Origin: Octopus vulgaris
Lineage: Eukaryota
Direction of reading: 5' to 3'
NCBI GenBank assembly: GCA_951406725.2
Contig: OX597815.1
Span: 55,056,001 to 55,120,000, forward strand
Length of the DNA: 64,000 bases
Part shown: positions 12,436 through 25,122 of the stretch, in pieces
Position numbering within the stretch: the first letter of the stretch is position 1
Layout of the letters: every line of letters begins with the position of its first letter
Notes under the pieces: generated by a model
Databases searched by the model: none
What the model saw: the letters and a program-made list of their open reading frames with translations, nothing else
Told to the model about the DNA's origin: nothing
Translations under genes and position numbers: made by a program

Positions 12436-15400
12436 CTTCCCAGTGAGCGGTTCGCCCGCCCTCCCGCCCCCTCCACCTGTACCGGAAGTCCTTATCTCAG
12501 CTTGTCTTCCTTTGCTTTTCTTCCATGAACACCTAAAGGCCTTAAGCCAATACCATCTCTTCTATATAAGGTGGTGAACATACGGCGCAAAACATGATAG
12601 TGTAGTGTAACAGGTTGAACTTAAGATCATTGCTTTGCTTATGAATTCTGCCAAATGCAAGCTTTCTTCTTTTCAGGTACATGACGCCACTGCTCCCCGT
12701 CCCTGGGCCTCTCGGGCCCATACCTTCCACTCCCTCAGGGTGGGCACCCTCAACGTTGGCACACTGAAAGGTAGGTCTGGCGAGATAGTTGAGATGCTTG
12801 AACGGAGATGTGTTGATGTATGTTGCATGCAAGAAATAAGGTGAAGAGGAGGATCTGCTAGGTTCCTCACAGGCAAGGAACACAGGTACAAGATTTTCTG
12901 GGCAGGGAACACTGACAGGGTTGGTGGCGTGGGTATACTTATCGCTGAGAAATGGGTAGATAGAGTAATTGAGGTAATCAGAGTAAGTGACAGAATACTT
13001 AAGATTAGAATAGTGCTTCATAATAGATTAGCAACCATTATATCGGCCTATGCCCCTCAGCCAGGGCTACCCGATGGACAGAAAGACAGTTTCTATGACA
13101 CCCTACTGCAGACCACCTCATTGACGAATGACAGGGACCTTCTCTTTGTGGCTGGTGATTTCAATGGGCATGTTGGACGACATGCTGGGGGCTTTCATGG
13201 CGTACATGGAGGCTACGGTTATGGTTCCCGCAACGAGGAGGGAACCAGGCTGGAAGAAGAAAGGTCTGGAAGCTTAAAGACCCGGCGAATGGACAGAGAT
13301 TTAGAGACATGTTACTTGAAGCCTTTGACGAAATGGAAGTGGGTATAGCTACGCATGAGGTAGAAGACAACTGGACGCTTCTCAGGGACAACCTGCTGAA
13401 AGCCACTGACCAGATCTGTGGCTGGTGCAAATACCCCTTAAGACCCAAAATAATGTGGTGGTGGAACAATATTGTTGACAGGGCTATTAGACAAAAGAAA
13501 CAGGCTTGGAAGGCCTGGAAGAACGGTGGTAGCAGGGAAGTGTATCAGACTGCCAGAAGGGAAGCTAGGAGACAGGTCTATCTAGCCAGAGGGGAAGCAG
13601 ATAAGGAAAAATTTGCCAATGTCCTGCACCGTGAGGATGAAAGACTTGAGGTATTTCGTGTTGCAAGACAGTGTGTGAGAGAGAATCGTGACGTGGTAGG
13701 AGAGAAATGTGTTCGCAAGGATGACGGTTCACTTGCGCTAAATGAGGATGCAAAGAGAGAGGCTTGGAGACGCCACTATGAAAGGTTGCTGAATGAGGAA
13801 AATGAATGGGATAAAGAGAGTCTGCCGAATGTCGATCCAACAGAGGGACCAGCAATCCGAGTTAACAGTTCCTTAGTAGATAAGGCAATTAGAAGCATGA
13901 AAACAGGGAAAGCCCCAGGCCCATCAGGAATTACTGCAGAGATGCTCAAAATATCTGGTAGTGTCGGCTATAGCTTAGTCACCCGTATAGTTAACCAGGT
14001 GATACACGAAGGAGTCATACCCAATGACTGGTGTAGCAGCATAATAGTCAACTGCTACAAAGGTAAAGGCGACGCCCTAGATACAAATAGCTACAGGGGC
14101 ATCAAGCTGCTGGATCAGGTAATGAAGGTTATGGAGAGGGTTATAGCCCAATTAATTAGAGAGAGAGTTAGCTTAGATGATATGCAGTTTGGGTTCGTGC
14201 CAGGGAAAAGTACTACTGATGCTATATTGCTGGTAAGACAGCTGCAGGAGAAATACCTAGCCAAAGATAAGCCCTTGTACCTGGCTTTTGTTGACTTGGA
14301 GAAAGCCTTTGACAGGGTCCCCCGATCCCTTATCTAGTGGTCAATGAGGAAACTAGGGATAGATGAATGGTTAGTGAGAGCTGTGCGAGCCATGTACAGA
14401 GACGCTGCTAGTAAGGTGAGGGTTGGCAACGAGTACAGTGAAGAATTCCGGGTAGAGGTTGGGGTCCACCAAGGCTCAGTCCTCAGTCCCCTCCTATTTA
14501 TCATAGTCCTCCAGGCAATAACGGAGGAATTCAAGACAGGATGCCCCTGGGAGCTCCTCTATGCTGATGACCTTGCTCTAATTGCTGAGTCACTATCAGA
14601 ACTGGAGGAGAAGTTTCAGGTGTGGAAACAAGGATTAGAATCGAAGGGCCTTAGAATCAACCTAGCCAAAACCAAAGTCCTAATAAGTAGAAAGGTGGAC
14701 CAATCACAAACGACTTCAGGTAGATGGCCCTGCTCGATCTGTAAAAAAGGTGTAGGTAGAAACTCTATAAGGTGCACCAAGTGTAAGCTATGGACACATA
14801 AGAGGTGCAGCAATGTCAAAGGAAGGCTAACTAGGAAAATAGTTTTTGTCTGTGGCAGATGCTCAGGAGCAATAAACACTGGAAATGTGCAGAGACCAAC
14901 TTCTACCACGTTCCAGGGAGACAAACTAGAAGTAGTTGATAGCTTCCGCTACCTAGGAGACCAAGTCAGTAGCGGGGGCGGGTGTGCTGAAAGTGTAACG
15001 GCTAGAGTAAGAATAGCCTGGGCAAAGTTTAGAGAGCTCTTACCCCTGCTGGTGACAAAAGGCCTCTCGCTCAGAGTAAAAGGCAGACTGTATGATGCAT
15101 GTGTACGTACAGCCATGCTACATGGTAGTGAAACATGGGCCGTGACTGCTGAGGATATGCGTAAGCTCGCAAGAAATGAAGCCAGTATGCTCCGATGGAT
15201 GTGTAATGTCAGTGTTCATAATTGACAGAGTGTAAGTACCTTGAGAGAAAAGTTGAACCTAAGAAGCGTCAGTTGTGGTGTGCAAGAGAGATGGCTGCGC
15301 TGGTATGGTCATGTGACGAGAATGGCTGAAGATAGTTGTGTGCAAAAGTGCTACACCCTAGCAGTTGAGGGAACCTGTGGAAGAGGTAGACCCAGGAAAA

Positions 15401-15494
15401 CCTGGGACGAGGTGGTGAAGCACGACCTTCGAACTTTAGGTCTCACCAAGGAAATGACTAGAGACCGAGACCTATGGAAGTATGCCGTGCGTGA

Positions 15495-16163
15495 GAAGAC
15501 CCGGCAAGACAAGTCAGGCCATAACCCATGGCCCCTACCTGGGACGTAGTCAGTCCACCTGTGCATACCTTCCTTCTTGTGACACTTGTGAAGACCTGTT
15601 GAGGCAAGTGAAAATCAAAACAAATCAAAATAGATGAACATCAATGGAATTTGTATCTTTGTGGTACCAGTGCCGGTGGCACACAAGAAAACCATCCGAA
15701 CATGGCCGTAGCCAGTACCGCATCGACTGGCCTCCGTGCTGTGGGCACGTAACAAACACCATCCGATCGTGGCCGTTCGCCAGCCTCATCTGGCACCTGT
15801 GTCGGTGGCACATAAAAACACCATCCGAAGACCCGGCAAGACTAGTCAGGCCATAACCCGTGGCCCCTACCTGGGACGTAGTCAGTCCACCTGTGCATAC
15901 CTTCCTTCTTGTGACACTTGTGAAGACCTGTTGAGGCAAGTGAAAATCAAATCAAAACAAATCAAAATAGATGAACATCAATGGAATTTGTATCTTTGTG
16001 GTACCAGTGCCGGTGGCACACAAGAAAACCATCCGAACGTGGCCGTAGCCAGTACCGCATCGACTGGCCTCCGTGCTGTGGGCACGTAACAACCACCATC
16101 CGATCGTGGCCGTTCGCCAGTCTCATCTGGCACCTGTGTCGGTGGCACGTAAAAACACCATCC
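15495..16163 (+). repeat. ~332-bp tandem duplication in the RTE 3' region
   Basis: GAAGACCCGGCAAGAC begins at 15495 and 15827 with colinear downstream sequence. Confidence 0.9.
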
Positions 16164-16452
16164 GAGCGTGCCGTCTGTAGCCTCGTCTGGCACCTGTGTC
16201 GCTGGCACATAAAAAACACCATCCGAGCGTGGCCGTTCGCCAGCCTCGTCTGGCACCTGTGTCGGTGGCACATAAAATCACCCACTACACTCTCGGAGTG
16301 GTTGGCGTTAGGAAGGGCATCCAGCTGTAGAAACACTGCCAGATCTGACTGGCCTGGTGCAGCCTTCGGGCTCCCCAGACCCCAGTTGAACCATCCAACC
16401 CATGCTAGCATGGAAAGCGGACTTTAAATGATGATGATGATGATGATGATGA

Positions 16453-16496
<44 letters not shown>

Positions 16497-16507
16497 GCAC
16501 ATAATAG

Positions 16508-16537
<30 letters not shown>

Positions 16538-16539
<2 letters not shown>

Positions 16540-16716
16540 TGGCACGTAAAAAGCACCCACTACACTCACGGAGCGGTTGGCGTTAGGAAGGGCATCCAGC
16601 TGTAGAAACACTGCCAGATTTGACTGGGCCTGATGAAGCCTTCTGGCTTCACAGACCCCAGTAGAACCGTCCAACCCATGCTAGCATGGAAAACGGACGC
16701 TAAACGATGATGATGA
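16538..16716 (+). mobile_element. Isolated RTE 3' tail
   Basis: GGCACGTAAAAAGCACCCAC...GGCGTTAGGAAGGGCATCCAG...(GAT)n. Confidence 0.88.
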
Positions 16717-16959
16717 TATATATGTATGTATATATATATATATATTTGTGCTTATTGTCCTGTATCTCCTTTTTTTTGCTTGTCTTGTTCCTTGGTTTGT
16801 GTCTATGTTTTTCGTCTCTCTATGTGTTCGACGTCCCTTTGGTGTCCTGTACACATATATGCGTGTATATGTACATGTAGAGGTAGGTACGTACATATAT
16901 GTTTATATATATGCATATATTTTATTAACATATATATATATATATATACATATATGTGT

Positions 16960-17000
<41 letters not shown>

Positions 17001-17130
17001 TATGTATGTATATATATATGTATGTATATATATATATATATATATATGCATATATGTATATATATATATATGTATGTATATATATATATATATGTATATG
17101 TATGTATATGTATGTATATATATGTGTATG

Positions 17131-17166
<36 letters not shown>

Positions 17167-17324
17167 TATGTATGTATATATGTATGTATATATATATATA
17201 TATGTATATATATGTATGTATATATATATATATATGTATGTATATCTATGTATGTATATATATATATGTAAGTATGTATGTATATGTATGTATGTATATA
17301 TATATATATATATGTATATATATT

Positions 17325-17662
17325 TTATTTTCAATTTTTTTATTTTATCTAGTTTCTGCTCATGAGCTGTGGCCATGCTAGGGCACTGCCATTCGGTGTT
17401 GCTACATGATTTTACTTCACAAATTTTTTTAGCAATTGCCATTTGGTGCATGAGAGAGTTCGATGCAGCTGCCCTCATCTACACCTGCCGTGAAGTTGGT
17501 TCATCTGGGACACCTGACAGGAAGACATCCAGTTTTATTTTAAAGACATCTGCATCCACCCCATGCAGGTCTCTCAGGTCCTTCGGGAGGATATTGAATA
17601 GCTGTGGACCTCTGAAGCCCAGGCTATCACAGTATCTTGTCATACATCTTGATGGCAATTTG
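17325..17662 (-). mobile_element. CR1 3' fragment
   Basis: Encodes [10 protein letters not shown]...GVPDEP; same tail and diagnostic indel as 32577-32915. Confidence 0.88.
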
Positions 17663-18124
17663 GATCTTTGTGGTACCAGTGCCGGTGGCACACAAGAAAA
17701 CCATCCGAACGTGGCCGTCGTCAGTACCGCATCGACTGGCCTCCGTGCTATGGGCACGTAACAAACATCATCCGATCGTGGCCGTTCGCCAGCCTCATCT
17801 GGCACCTGTGTCGGTGGCACATAAAAACACCATCCGAGCGTGGCCATCTGCCAGCCTCGTCTGGCACCTGTGTCGCTGGCACATAAAAAACACCATCCGA
17901 GCGTGGCCATTCGCCAGCCTCGTCTGGCACCTGTGTCGGTGGCACATAAAATCACCCACTACACTCTCGGAGTGGTTGGCGTTAGGAAGGGCATCCAGCT
18001 GTAGAAACACTGCCAGATCTGACCGGCCTGGTGCAGCCTTCAGGCTCCCCAGACCCCAGTTGAACCGTCCAACCCATGCTAGCATGGAAAGCGGACGTTA
18101 AATGATGATGATGATGATGATGAT
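17663..18124 (+). mobile_element. RTE 3' UTR copy
   Basis: Near-identical to 15992-16454. Confidence 0.9.
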
Positions 18125-18139
18125 ATATATATATATATA

Positions 18140-19554
18140 TGATTGATTGATTGATTGATTCTAGCTTCAGCTTATGAGCTGTGGCCATGCTGGGGCACCG
18201 CCATTTGGTGTTGCTACTCGGTTTCACTTCATGGAGGCTTTCTAGCAACTGCTATTTGGTGCATGAGAGAGTTCGATGCAGCTGCCCTCATCTGCCCCTC
18301 CTGCCGTGAAGTTGGTTCATCTGGGACACCTGACAGGAAGAGATCCAGCTTCATTTTAAAGACATCTATATCCACCCCATGCAGGTCTCTCAGGTTCTTC
18401 GGGAGGATATTGAAGAGCTGTGGGCCTCGGAAGCCCAGGCTATCACAGAATCCTGTCCTACATCTTGATGGCAGGTTTGGAGTCCTAGGCACCACGCAGT
18501 GGCGCCCAGTTCTGGCATTTGCGTAACTCTCGATGCCAAAGTTCAGGACACTTCCCTCCAGGATCTTCCAGATGTATATTATGGCATATCTTTCCCGCCT
18601 ACGCTCCAGGGAATATAATTTTAATCTCTTGAGTCTTTCCCAGTAGCTTACATTCTGCATAGAGGCTATCTTCTTTGTGTAGCTTCGTTGGATCGCCTCA
18701 AGTTCTGTGATCAACTTGACACTGGATGGTGACCATAGCTGAGAGCAATAGTCAAAGTGGCTTCGGACAAGTGTCTTCCAGAGGACCATCATGGTTTCTT
18801 GTTCTCTTGTTCTAAAGGTTCTAAGAATCCATCCAGCCAGCCGTCTACATTTCATTGTCAGTTTAGCAACATGTACATGAAAGGTCGCGTCATCACTCAT
18901 GTGAATACCCAGGTCACGCACTGATTGTGCCTCTGGGATTGCAATCCCTCCGGGTCCAGTGTATTCATTGGGTATTGCATTCAGTTTTGCATGCTGATAG
19001 TATAAAGCTTGAAACTTTCCAGCATTGAACTGCATGCTATTCTTTTCAGCCCACTTGTATATTTCGTCCAGCTCACATTGCAGGTGTTTAGTGTCCTCAG
19101 GGTTCTGTATTGCCTGTGAAACTTTTGTATCATCTGCATAACTTGTGATCGTGGCTCTCTGCGTGGCTGAGGGCATGCCTGAGAGGGCCATTATGAACAG
19201 TAGTGGTCCCAGAACAGTGCCCTGCGGAACACCGCTCACTATTTGTGTGTTAATGGAGGTGGCCCCATTGGCTACTACCACCTGACTTCTATCCTTCAGA
19301 AAGTCATGAAGCCATTCTCCCAGTTTTCCAACTATGTTGAGATCACGCAGTTTGTGACATATCATTCCATGATCGACTTTATCAAAGGCCTTTGCAAAGT
19401 CGAGATATATCACTTCCACATTTGAGTGGTTGAGCAGCCGTTTCAGCACCCGGTCATAGTGTTGTAGGAGCTGAGTTAAACAGCTTCTCCCTGGTCGGAA
19501 ACCATGTTGGGTGTCGGGCAGCAAGTCATTCTCTTCAAGGAAGGTGATCAGCTT
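18140..19554 (-). mobile_element. 5'-truncated young CR1 copy
   Basis: QHGFR, DFAKAFD, GVPQG, YADD; nearly identical to 20642-22056; (AATC)n tail. Confidence 0.95.
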
Positions 19555-19589
19555 ATATATATATATATATATAAAATGGCACATAATGG

Positions 19590-19619
<30 letters not shown>

Positions 19620-19622
<3 letters not shown>

Positions 19623-19805
19623 GGCACATAAAAAGCACCCACTACACTCACAGAGTGGTTGGCGTTAGGAAGGGCATCCAGCCGTAGAAACACTGCCAGA
19701 TTTGACTGGGCCTGATGAAGCCTTCTGGCTTCACAGACCCCAGTAGAACCGTCCAACCCATGCTAGCATGGAAAACGGACGCTAAACGATAATGATGATG
19801 ATGAT
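19620..19805 (+). mobile_element. Isolated RTE 3' tail (duplicate of 16538-16716)
   Basis: Same variant sequence (GGGCCTGATGAAGCCTTCTGGCTTCACAG) and the same upstream AAAATGGCACATAAT. Confidence 0.88.
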
Positions 19806-20041
19806 ATATATGTATGTATATATATATGTATGATATATATGTATGTATATACATATATGTATATATACATATTTGTATATATATGTATATATATATATGT
19901 ATGTATATATATATGTATGTATATATATATATGCATATATGTATATATATATGTATATATATATATATATTTGTATATGTATGTATATATATATATATGT
20001 GTATATATATATATATGTGTGTATGTATATATATATATGTG

Positions 20042-20088
<47 letters not shown>

Positions 20089-20244
20089 ATATGTATATAT
20101 ATGTATATATATGTATATATGTGTATATATGTATATATGTGTATATATGTATATATATGTATATATGTAAATATATGTATATATGTATATATATGTATAT
20201 ATTATGTATATATATGTATATATATATATATGTATATATGTATA

Positions 20245-20319
<75 letters not shown>

Positions 20320-20335
20320 GTATATATGTATATGT

Positions 20336-20409
<74 letters not shown>

Positions 20410-20416
20410 ATATATG

Positions 20417-20447
<31 letters not shown>

Positions 20448-20548
20448 GTATATATGTATATGTATATATATATGTATATGTATATATATATGTATATATA
20501 TATATGTATATATATATATGTATATATATATATATGTATATATATATG

Positions 20549-20579
<31 letters not shown>

Positions 20580-20641
20580 GTATATATATATGTATATATA
20601 TATATATGTATATATATATGTATATATATGTATATATATAT
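19806..20641. repeat. (TA)n/(TATG) microsatellite
   Basis: Directly visible. Confidence 0.98.
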
Positions 20642-20729
20642 GATTGATTGATTGATTGATTCTAGTTTCAGCTTATGAGCTGTGGCCATGCTGGGGCACC
20701 GCCATTTGGTGTTGCTACTTGGTTTCACT

Positions 20730-23700
20730 TCATGGAGGCTTTCTAGCAACTGCTATTTGGTGCATGAGAGAGTTCGATGCAGCTGCCCTCATCTGCCCCT
20801 CCTGCCGTGAAGTTGGTTCATCTGGGACACCTGACAGGAAGAGATCCAGCTTCATTTTAAAGACATCTGTATCCACCCCATGCAGGTCTCTCAGGTTCTT
20901 CGGGAGGATATTGAAGAGCTGTGGGCCTCGGAAGCCCAGGCTATCACAGTATCTTGTCCTACATCTTGATGGCAGGTTTGGAGTCCTAGGCACCACGCAG
21001 TGGCGCCCAGTTCTGGCATTTGCGTAACTCTCGATGCCAAAGTTCAGGACACTTCCCTCCAGGATCTTCCAGATGTATATTATGGCATATCTTTCCCGCC
21101 TACGCTCCAGGGAATATAATTTTAATCTCTTGAGTCTTTCCCAGTAGCTTACATTCTGCATAGAGGCTATCTTCTTTGTGTAGCTTCGTTGGATCGCCTC
21201 AAGTTCTGTGATCAACTTGACACTGGATGGTGACCATAGCTGAGAGCAATAGTCAAAGTGGCTTAGGACAAGTGTCTTCCAGAGGACCATCATGGTTTCT
21301 TGTTCTCTTGTTCTAAAGGTTCTAAGAATCCATCCAGCCAGCCGTCTACATTTCATTGTCAGTTTAGCAACATGTACATGAAAGGTCGCGTCATCACTCA
21401 TGTGAATACCCAGGTCACGCACTGATTGTGCCTCTGGGATTGCAATCCCTCCGGGTCCAGTGTATTCATTGGGTATTGCATTCAGTTTTGCATGCTGATA
21501 GTATAAAGCTTGAAACTTTCCAGCATTGAACTGCATGCTATTCTTTTCAGCCCACTTGTATATTTCGTCCAGCTCACATTGCAGGTGTTTAGTGTCCTCA
21601 GGGTTCTGTATTGCCTGTGAAACTTTTGTATCATCTGCATAACTTGTGATCGTGGCTCTCTGCGTGGCTGAGGGCATGTCTGAGAGGGCCATTATGAACA
21701 GTAGTGGTCCCAGAACAGTGCCCTGCGGAACACCGCTCACTATTTGTGTGTTAATGGAGGTGGCCCCATTGGCTACTACCACCTGACTTCTATCCTTCAG
21801 AAAGTCATGAAGCCATTCTCCCAGTTTTCCAACTATGTTGAGATCACGCAGTTTGTGACATATCATTCCATGATCGACTTTATCAAAGGCCTTTGCAAAG
21901 TCGAGATATATCACTTCCACATTTGAGTGGTTGAGCAGCCGTTTCAGCACCCAGTCATAGTGTTGTAGGAGCTGAGTTAAACAGCTTCTCCCTGGTCGGA
22001 AACCATGTTGGGTGTCGGGCAGCCAGTCATTCTCTTCAAGGAAGGTGATCAGCTTCCTTCTGACTATTCGTTCCATGACCTTGCTGATGTGTGAGGTCAG
22101 AGAGATAGGTCTATAGTTCTTGGCTTCCGCTCTGCTACCTCCTTTATGAATGGGGCATATTTTACCTTCCTTCAGTTTTCCTGGAAGTTTGCCAGCTGCA
22201 AGGAAGCTCTGAAAGAGGAACTGCAGTGGTCTTGCTAGGACTCTCTTACATGCTTTTAGGAGGATTGCCGGGAATCCATCGGGGCCAGTAGCTGAGTCTG
22301 TTTTCATTTCATCTATAGCCTTGGTTACATCGTCTTCATTTATATCGATGTAATCTATCGTCGCCGCCTCTGATTTTATATCTGCAGTGGTAAAAAAGTC
22401 AGTTGGATTGGTGATTTGGAGATGCCCAAGGGGTGGAGTGAAAACACTCTTGAATTGCTCATTCAGTATTTCACTTACCCTCATTGGTTTTCCTGTAAGT
22501 GTGCCATCCTTTTCGAGGAGTGGCCCTATTCTACAGTGCACTGTAGCTGTTTCTTTGGCATACCTGTAGAAAGCTCTGGGGTTAGATTTTATGTTTTCTA
22601 TAGCCCAGGCTTCTTTGTCTGCTCTTTCTTTTTCATGGGAGAGTTGCAGACATTTTTCGATTTCCAACAGTTTTATTTTTAGGCGGGACTTTTCACTGCT
22701 TTCAATCTGTTTGTTTAGGCGATTTGAAAATTTCGTACGCCGTCTCATTAAAATTTTCCTCTCTCTGGGGATTTTGTTCTTGTGTACAGTGGCCTTTGTC
22801 TCTGGGACACATTTGTAGCATATGGCTTGCATTACAGACATGAATTGTTGAAGTTTCACGTCGATGTCTGGCGAGGAGAGACATTCAGGCCAGTTTTGTT
22901 TGAGGATCTCTTTCTCAATTTGTTTCCAGTTTGCCTTATGGTAGTTCAAGCTGGAAAGATTTTGAGGGTTTCTTGTAGGCTGCATGTCCGTGCTCTCTTT
23001 TGGCCCGTACATGGTCAGCTCTACCATGTTGTGATCCGAGAGTAGTGTCGGTGTCACTTTCACATTATGGATGAGATCCATGTCATTTGTGAAGCAGAGA
23101 TCCAGTGTGTTACCTGCCCTGGTTGGTTGGAGTATTACCTGCTCCATGTACAGGGTGTTGATGAGGTTCAGGAGAGACCTCGCCTGTCCTCGTTCACATC
23201 TTGTCATTCCTGGGAGAGAAAGGCCCTCGGGCCATCTGACATTGGGCAGATTGAAGTCTCCCATAAGAAGCACACCTATGTGTTGTTCTAATGTGGTTAG
23301 AATTTCTTCTATTTTTATAAGGCAGTCTTCAAACTTGCCCACATGGCTTGGGGCATCTGGAGGGCGATATGTAGCACACACAACTACATCAAGTTGCCTA
23401 ATATGTACAATTAGTGTGTCACACACCGAGTTTGAGTATGACAAGAGGACCTGGGGTGTGAGGTCCTCACGGATGTACATAGCAACACCTCCATGACTCC
23501 TTTCTTTCCTGTCGGTCCGTAGTACAGCATACTGTGGTATGTGTAACTCCGCATCTGCTATGTCCGGTTTCAGGTGCGTTTCTGTAAGTGCTATGCATAA
23601 GGCTTGATTGCATGCAACAAAGTCTCTCAGGAACGGGATCTTTGTCCTGTTACTGAGTGTTTGCAGTCCTCTGATGTTCAGTAGGAGTATCGAGGTGAGG

Positions 23701-23837
23701 TGTACGTTGTTGTTGCTGGCGGTGTCCATCCTGTGTCTGTTTGCTGTGGTGGTCTGGTATATAGTGGGTAGTCCCACCTGCGGGCTTGGGTTTGATGAAG
23801 CCAGGTCAGCTGCTGTACGATCTTTTGTGCCATGCAC
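20730..23837 (-). CDS. CR1 ORF2: APE endonuclease plus reverse transcriptase (~1035 aa open frame)
   Basis: LLNIRGL, LTETHL, YRPP, GDFN, LDLCF, SDH (APE); GPDG, NYRPISL, QHGFR, DFAKAFD, GVPQG, YADD, RDLG (RT); no stops. The listed start is GTG. Confidence 0.93.
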   Translation of the reverse strand: MHGTKDRTAADLASSNPSPQVGLPTIYQTTTANRHRMDTASNNNVHLTSILLLNIRGLQTLSNRTKIPFLRDFVACNQALCIALTETHLKPDIADAELHIPQYAVLRTDRKERSHGGVAMYIREDLTPQVLLSYSNSVCDTLIVHIRQLDVVVCATYRPPDAPSHVGKFEDCLIKIEEILTTLEQHIGVLLMGDFNLPNVRWPEGLSLPGMTRCERGQARSLLNLINTLYMEQVILQPTRAGNTLDLCFTNDMDLIHNVKVTPTLLSDHNMVELTMYGPKESTDMQPTRNPQNLSSLNYHKANWKQIEKEILKQNWPECLSSPDIDVKLQQFMSVMQAICYKCVPETKATVHKNKIPRERKILMRRRTKFSNRLNKQIESSEKSRLKIKLLEIEKCLQLSHEKERADKEAWAIENIKSNPRAFYRYAKETATVHCRIGPLLEKDGTLTGKPMRVSEILNEQFKSVFTPPLGHLQITNPTDFFTTADIKSEAATIDYIDINEDDVTKAIDEMKTDSATGPDGFPAILLKACKRVLARPLQFLFQSFLAAGKLPGKLKEGKICPIHKGGSRAEAKNYRPISLTSHISKVMERIVRRKLITFLEENDWLPDTQHGFRPGRSCLTQLLQHYDWVLKRLLNHSNVEVIYLDFAKAFDKVDHGMICHKLRDLNIVGKLGEWLHDFLKDRSQVVVANGATSINTQIVSGVPQGTVLGPLLFIMALSDMPSATQRATITSYADDTKVSQAIQNPEDTKHLQCELDEIYKWAEKNSMQFNAGKFQALYYQHAKLNAIPNEYTGPGGIAIPEAQSVRDLGIHMSDDATFHVHVAKLTMKCRRLAGWILRTFRTREQETMMVLWKTLVLSHFDYCSQLWSPSSVKLITELEAIQRSYTKKIASMQNVSYWERLKRLKLYSLERRRERYAIIYIWKILEGSVLNFGIESYANARTGRHCVVPRTPNLPSRCRTRYCDSLGFRGPQLFNILPKNLRDLHGVDTDVFKMKLDLFLSGVPDEPTSRQEGQMRAAASNSLMHQIAVARKPP

Positions 23838-24333
23838 AAAAAAGATTGTTGCTCAGCAGCTGCTCTTTCGACAACATCATGTTGGCTGTTTGTGGCGCGC
23901 ACAACATCTGCGTACCTCCGCTTTGGGGCAGGTGGTGCGTAGTCCATCCCTTTTCTTTGTGTTGATGGTTTGTCCATCTGCCTCGTGTCTCTGTGGCAGG
24001 GTCCCCGATGTGCAAAGCGGCAGCCTGCACCTTCCTTTCCGTGCCAGCAGGAACCTCTCAGGTAGAACATACACACCCGTGTGCGCTGTTTGGTTCCATC
24101 CTTTGCGGTTCCACTTCTACTCCTGGTTGTGTCTCTCTTTGGTCCTGCTTGAGCTTTTTCTTTTCCTTTAGCTCTTCCAGTCCTTCTTTTAGTTCTTCTT
24201 CCTCCCTCTACCTCTTCACCGGGTTCTCCGTCTCTATGGCCCTTGCTGCCGGTTGGAGAACTTGCACCTGGGTTCACTTCCCGGGCAGGTTTCTCATTCA
24301 AAACCTCCTCCTGGGCGTCCACCAGGTGGGGGT
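23678..24333 (-). CDS. CR1 ORF1 C-terminal part with CCCH zinc finger
   Basis: [22 protein letters not shown] preceded by a basic region; homologous in the copies at about 2180-2260 and 35880-35915; N-terminus replaced by microsatellite. Confidence 0.75.
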
Positions 24334-24364
24334 ATATATATATATGTATATATATATGTATATG

Positions 24365-24421
<57 letters not shown>

Positions 24422-24436
24422 GTATATATGTATATG

Positions 24437-24501
<65 letters not shown>

Positions 24502-24868
24502 GTATATGTATGTATATATGTATATATATGTATATGTATATATATATGTATATGTATGTATATATGTATGTATATATATACATATGTATGTATATATGTA
24601 TATATATATATGTATGTATATATGTATGTATATATATATATATGTATGTATATATGTATGTATATATATATATATGTATGTATATATGTATGTATATATG
24701 TATATATGTATGTATATATATATATATGTATGTATATATATATATGTATGTATATATATATATGTATGTATGTATGTATATATATATATATGTATGTATA
24801 TATGTATATATATATGTATGTATGTATATATGTATGTATATATATATATATATATGTATGTATATATG

Positions 24869-24917
<49 letters not shown>

Positions 24918-25056
24918 GTGTGTATATATATATGTATATATATATATATATATATATGTGTATATATGTATGTATATATATATGTATGTATATATGTATA
25001 TATATATATATGTATGTATATATGTATGTATATATATATATATGTATGTATGTATG

Positions 25057-25089
<33 letters not shown>

Positions 25090-25090
25090 G

Positions 25091-25122
<32 letters not shown>

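Larger units (their letters stand above)
12058..16454 (+). mobile_element. Near full-length, inactive RTE-clade LINE (APE, RT, PHD finger, repeat-rich 3' UTR)
   Basis: GTLNVGTL, QE, SAYAPQ, GDFNGH (APE); KAPGPSG, YRGIKL, QFGF, DLEKAFD, YADD (RT). In-frame stops near 12842, 14335 and 15223 and a deletion in the APE near 13252. (GAT)n tail. Confidence 0.93.
20642..24333 (-). mobile_element. Young CR1-clade LINE, truncated within ORF1
   Basis: Uninterrupted ORF2, ORF1 C-terminus with CCCH finger, short 3' UTR and (AATC)n tail. Confidence 0.95.

Noticed and set aside
15670-16290. Palindromic repeat-spacer pattern resembling a CRISPR array
   Set aside because: The 'spacers' are homologous to each other, the array is part of an RTE 3' UTR, and there are no cas genes in this eukaryotic context.
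16630-16660. CTGATGA followed by a hairpin (also at 19712)
   Set aside because: No GAAA or stem III follows; it is a point variant of the RTE tail sequence CCTGGTGCAGCC.
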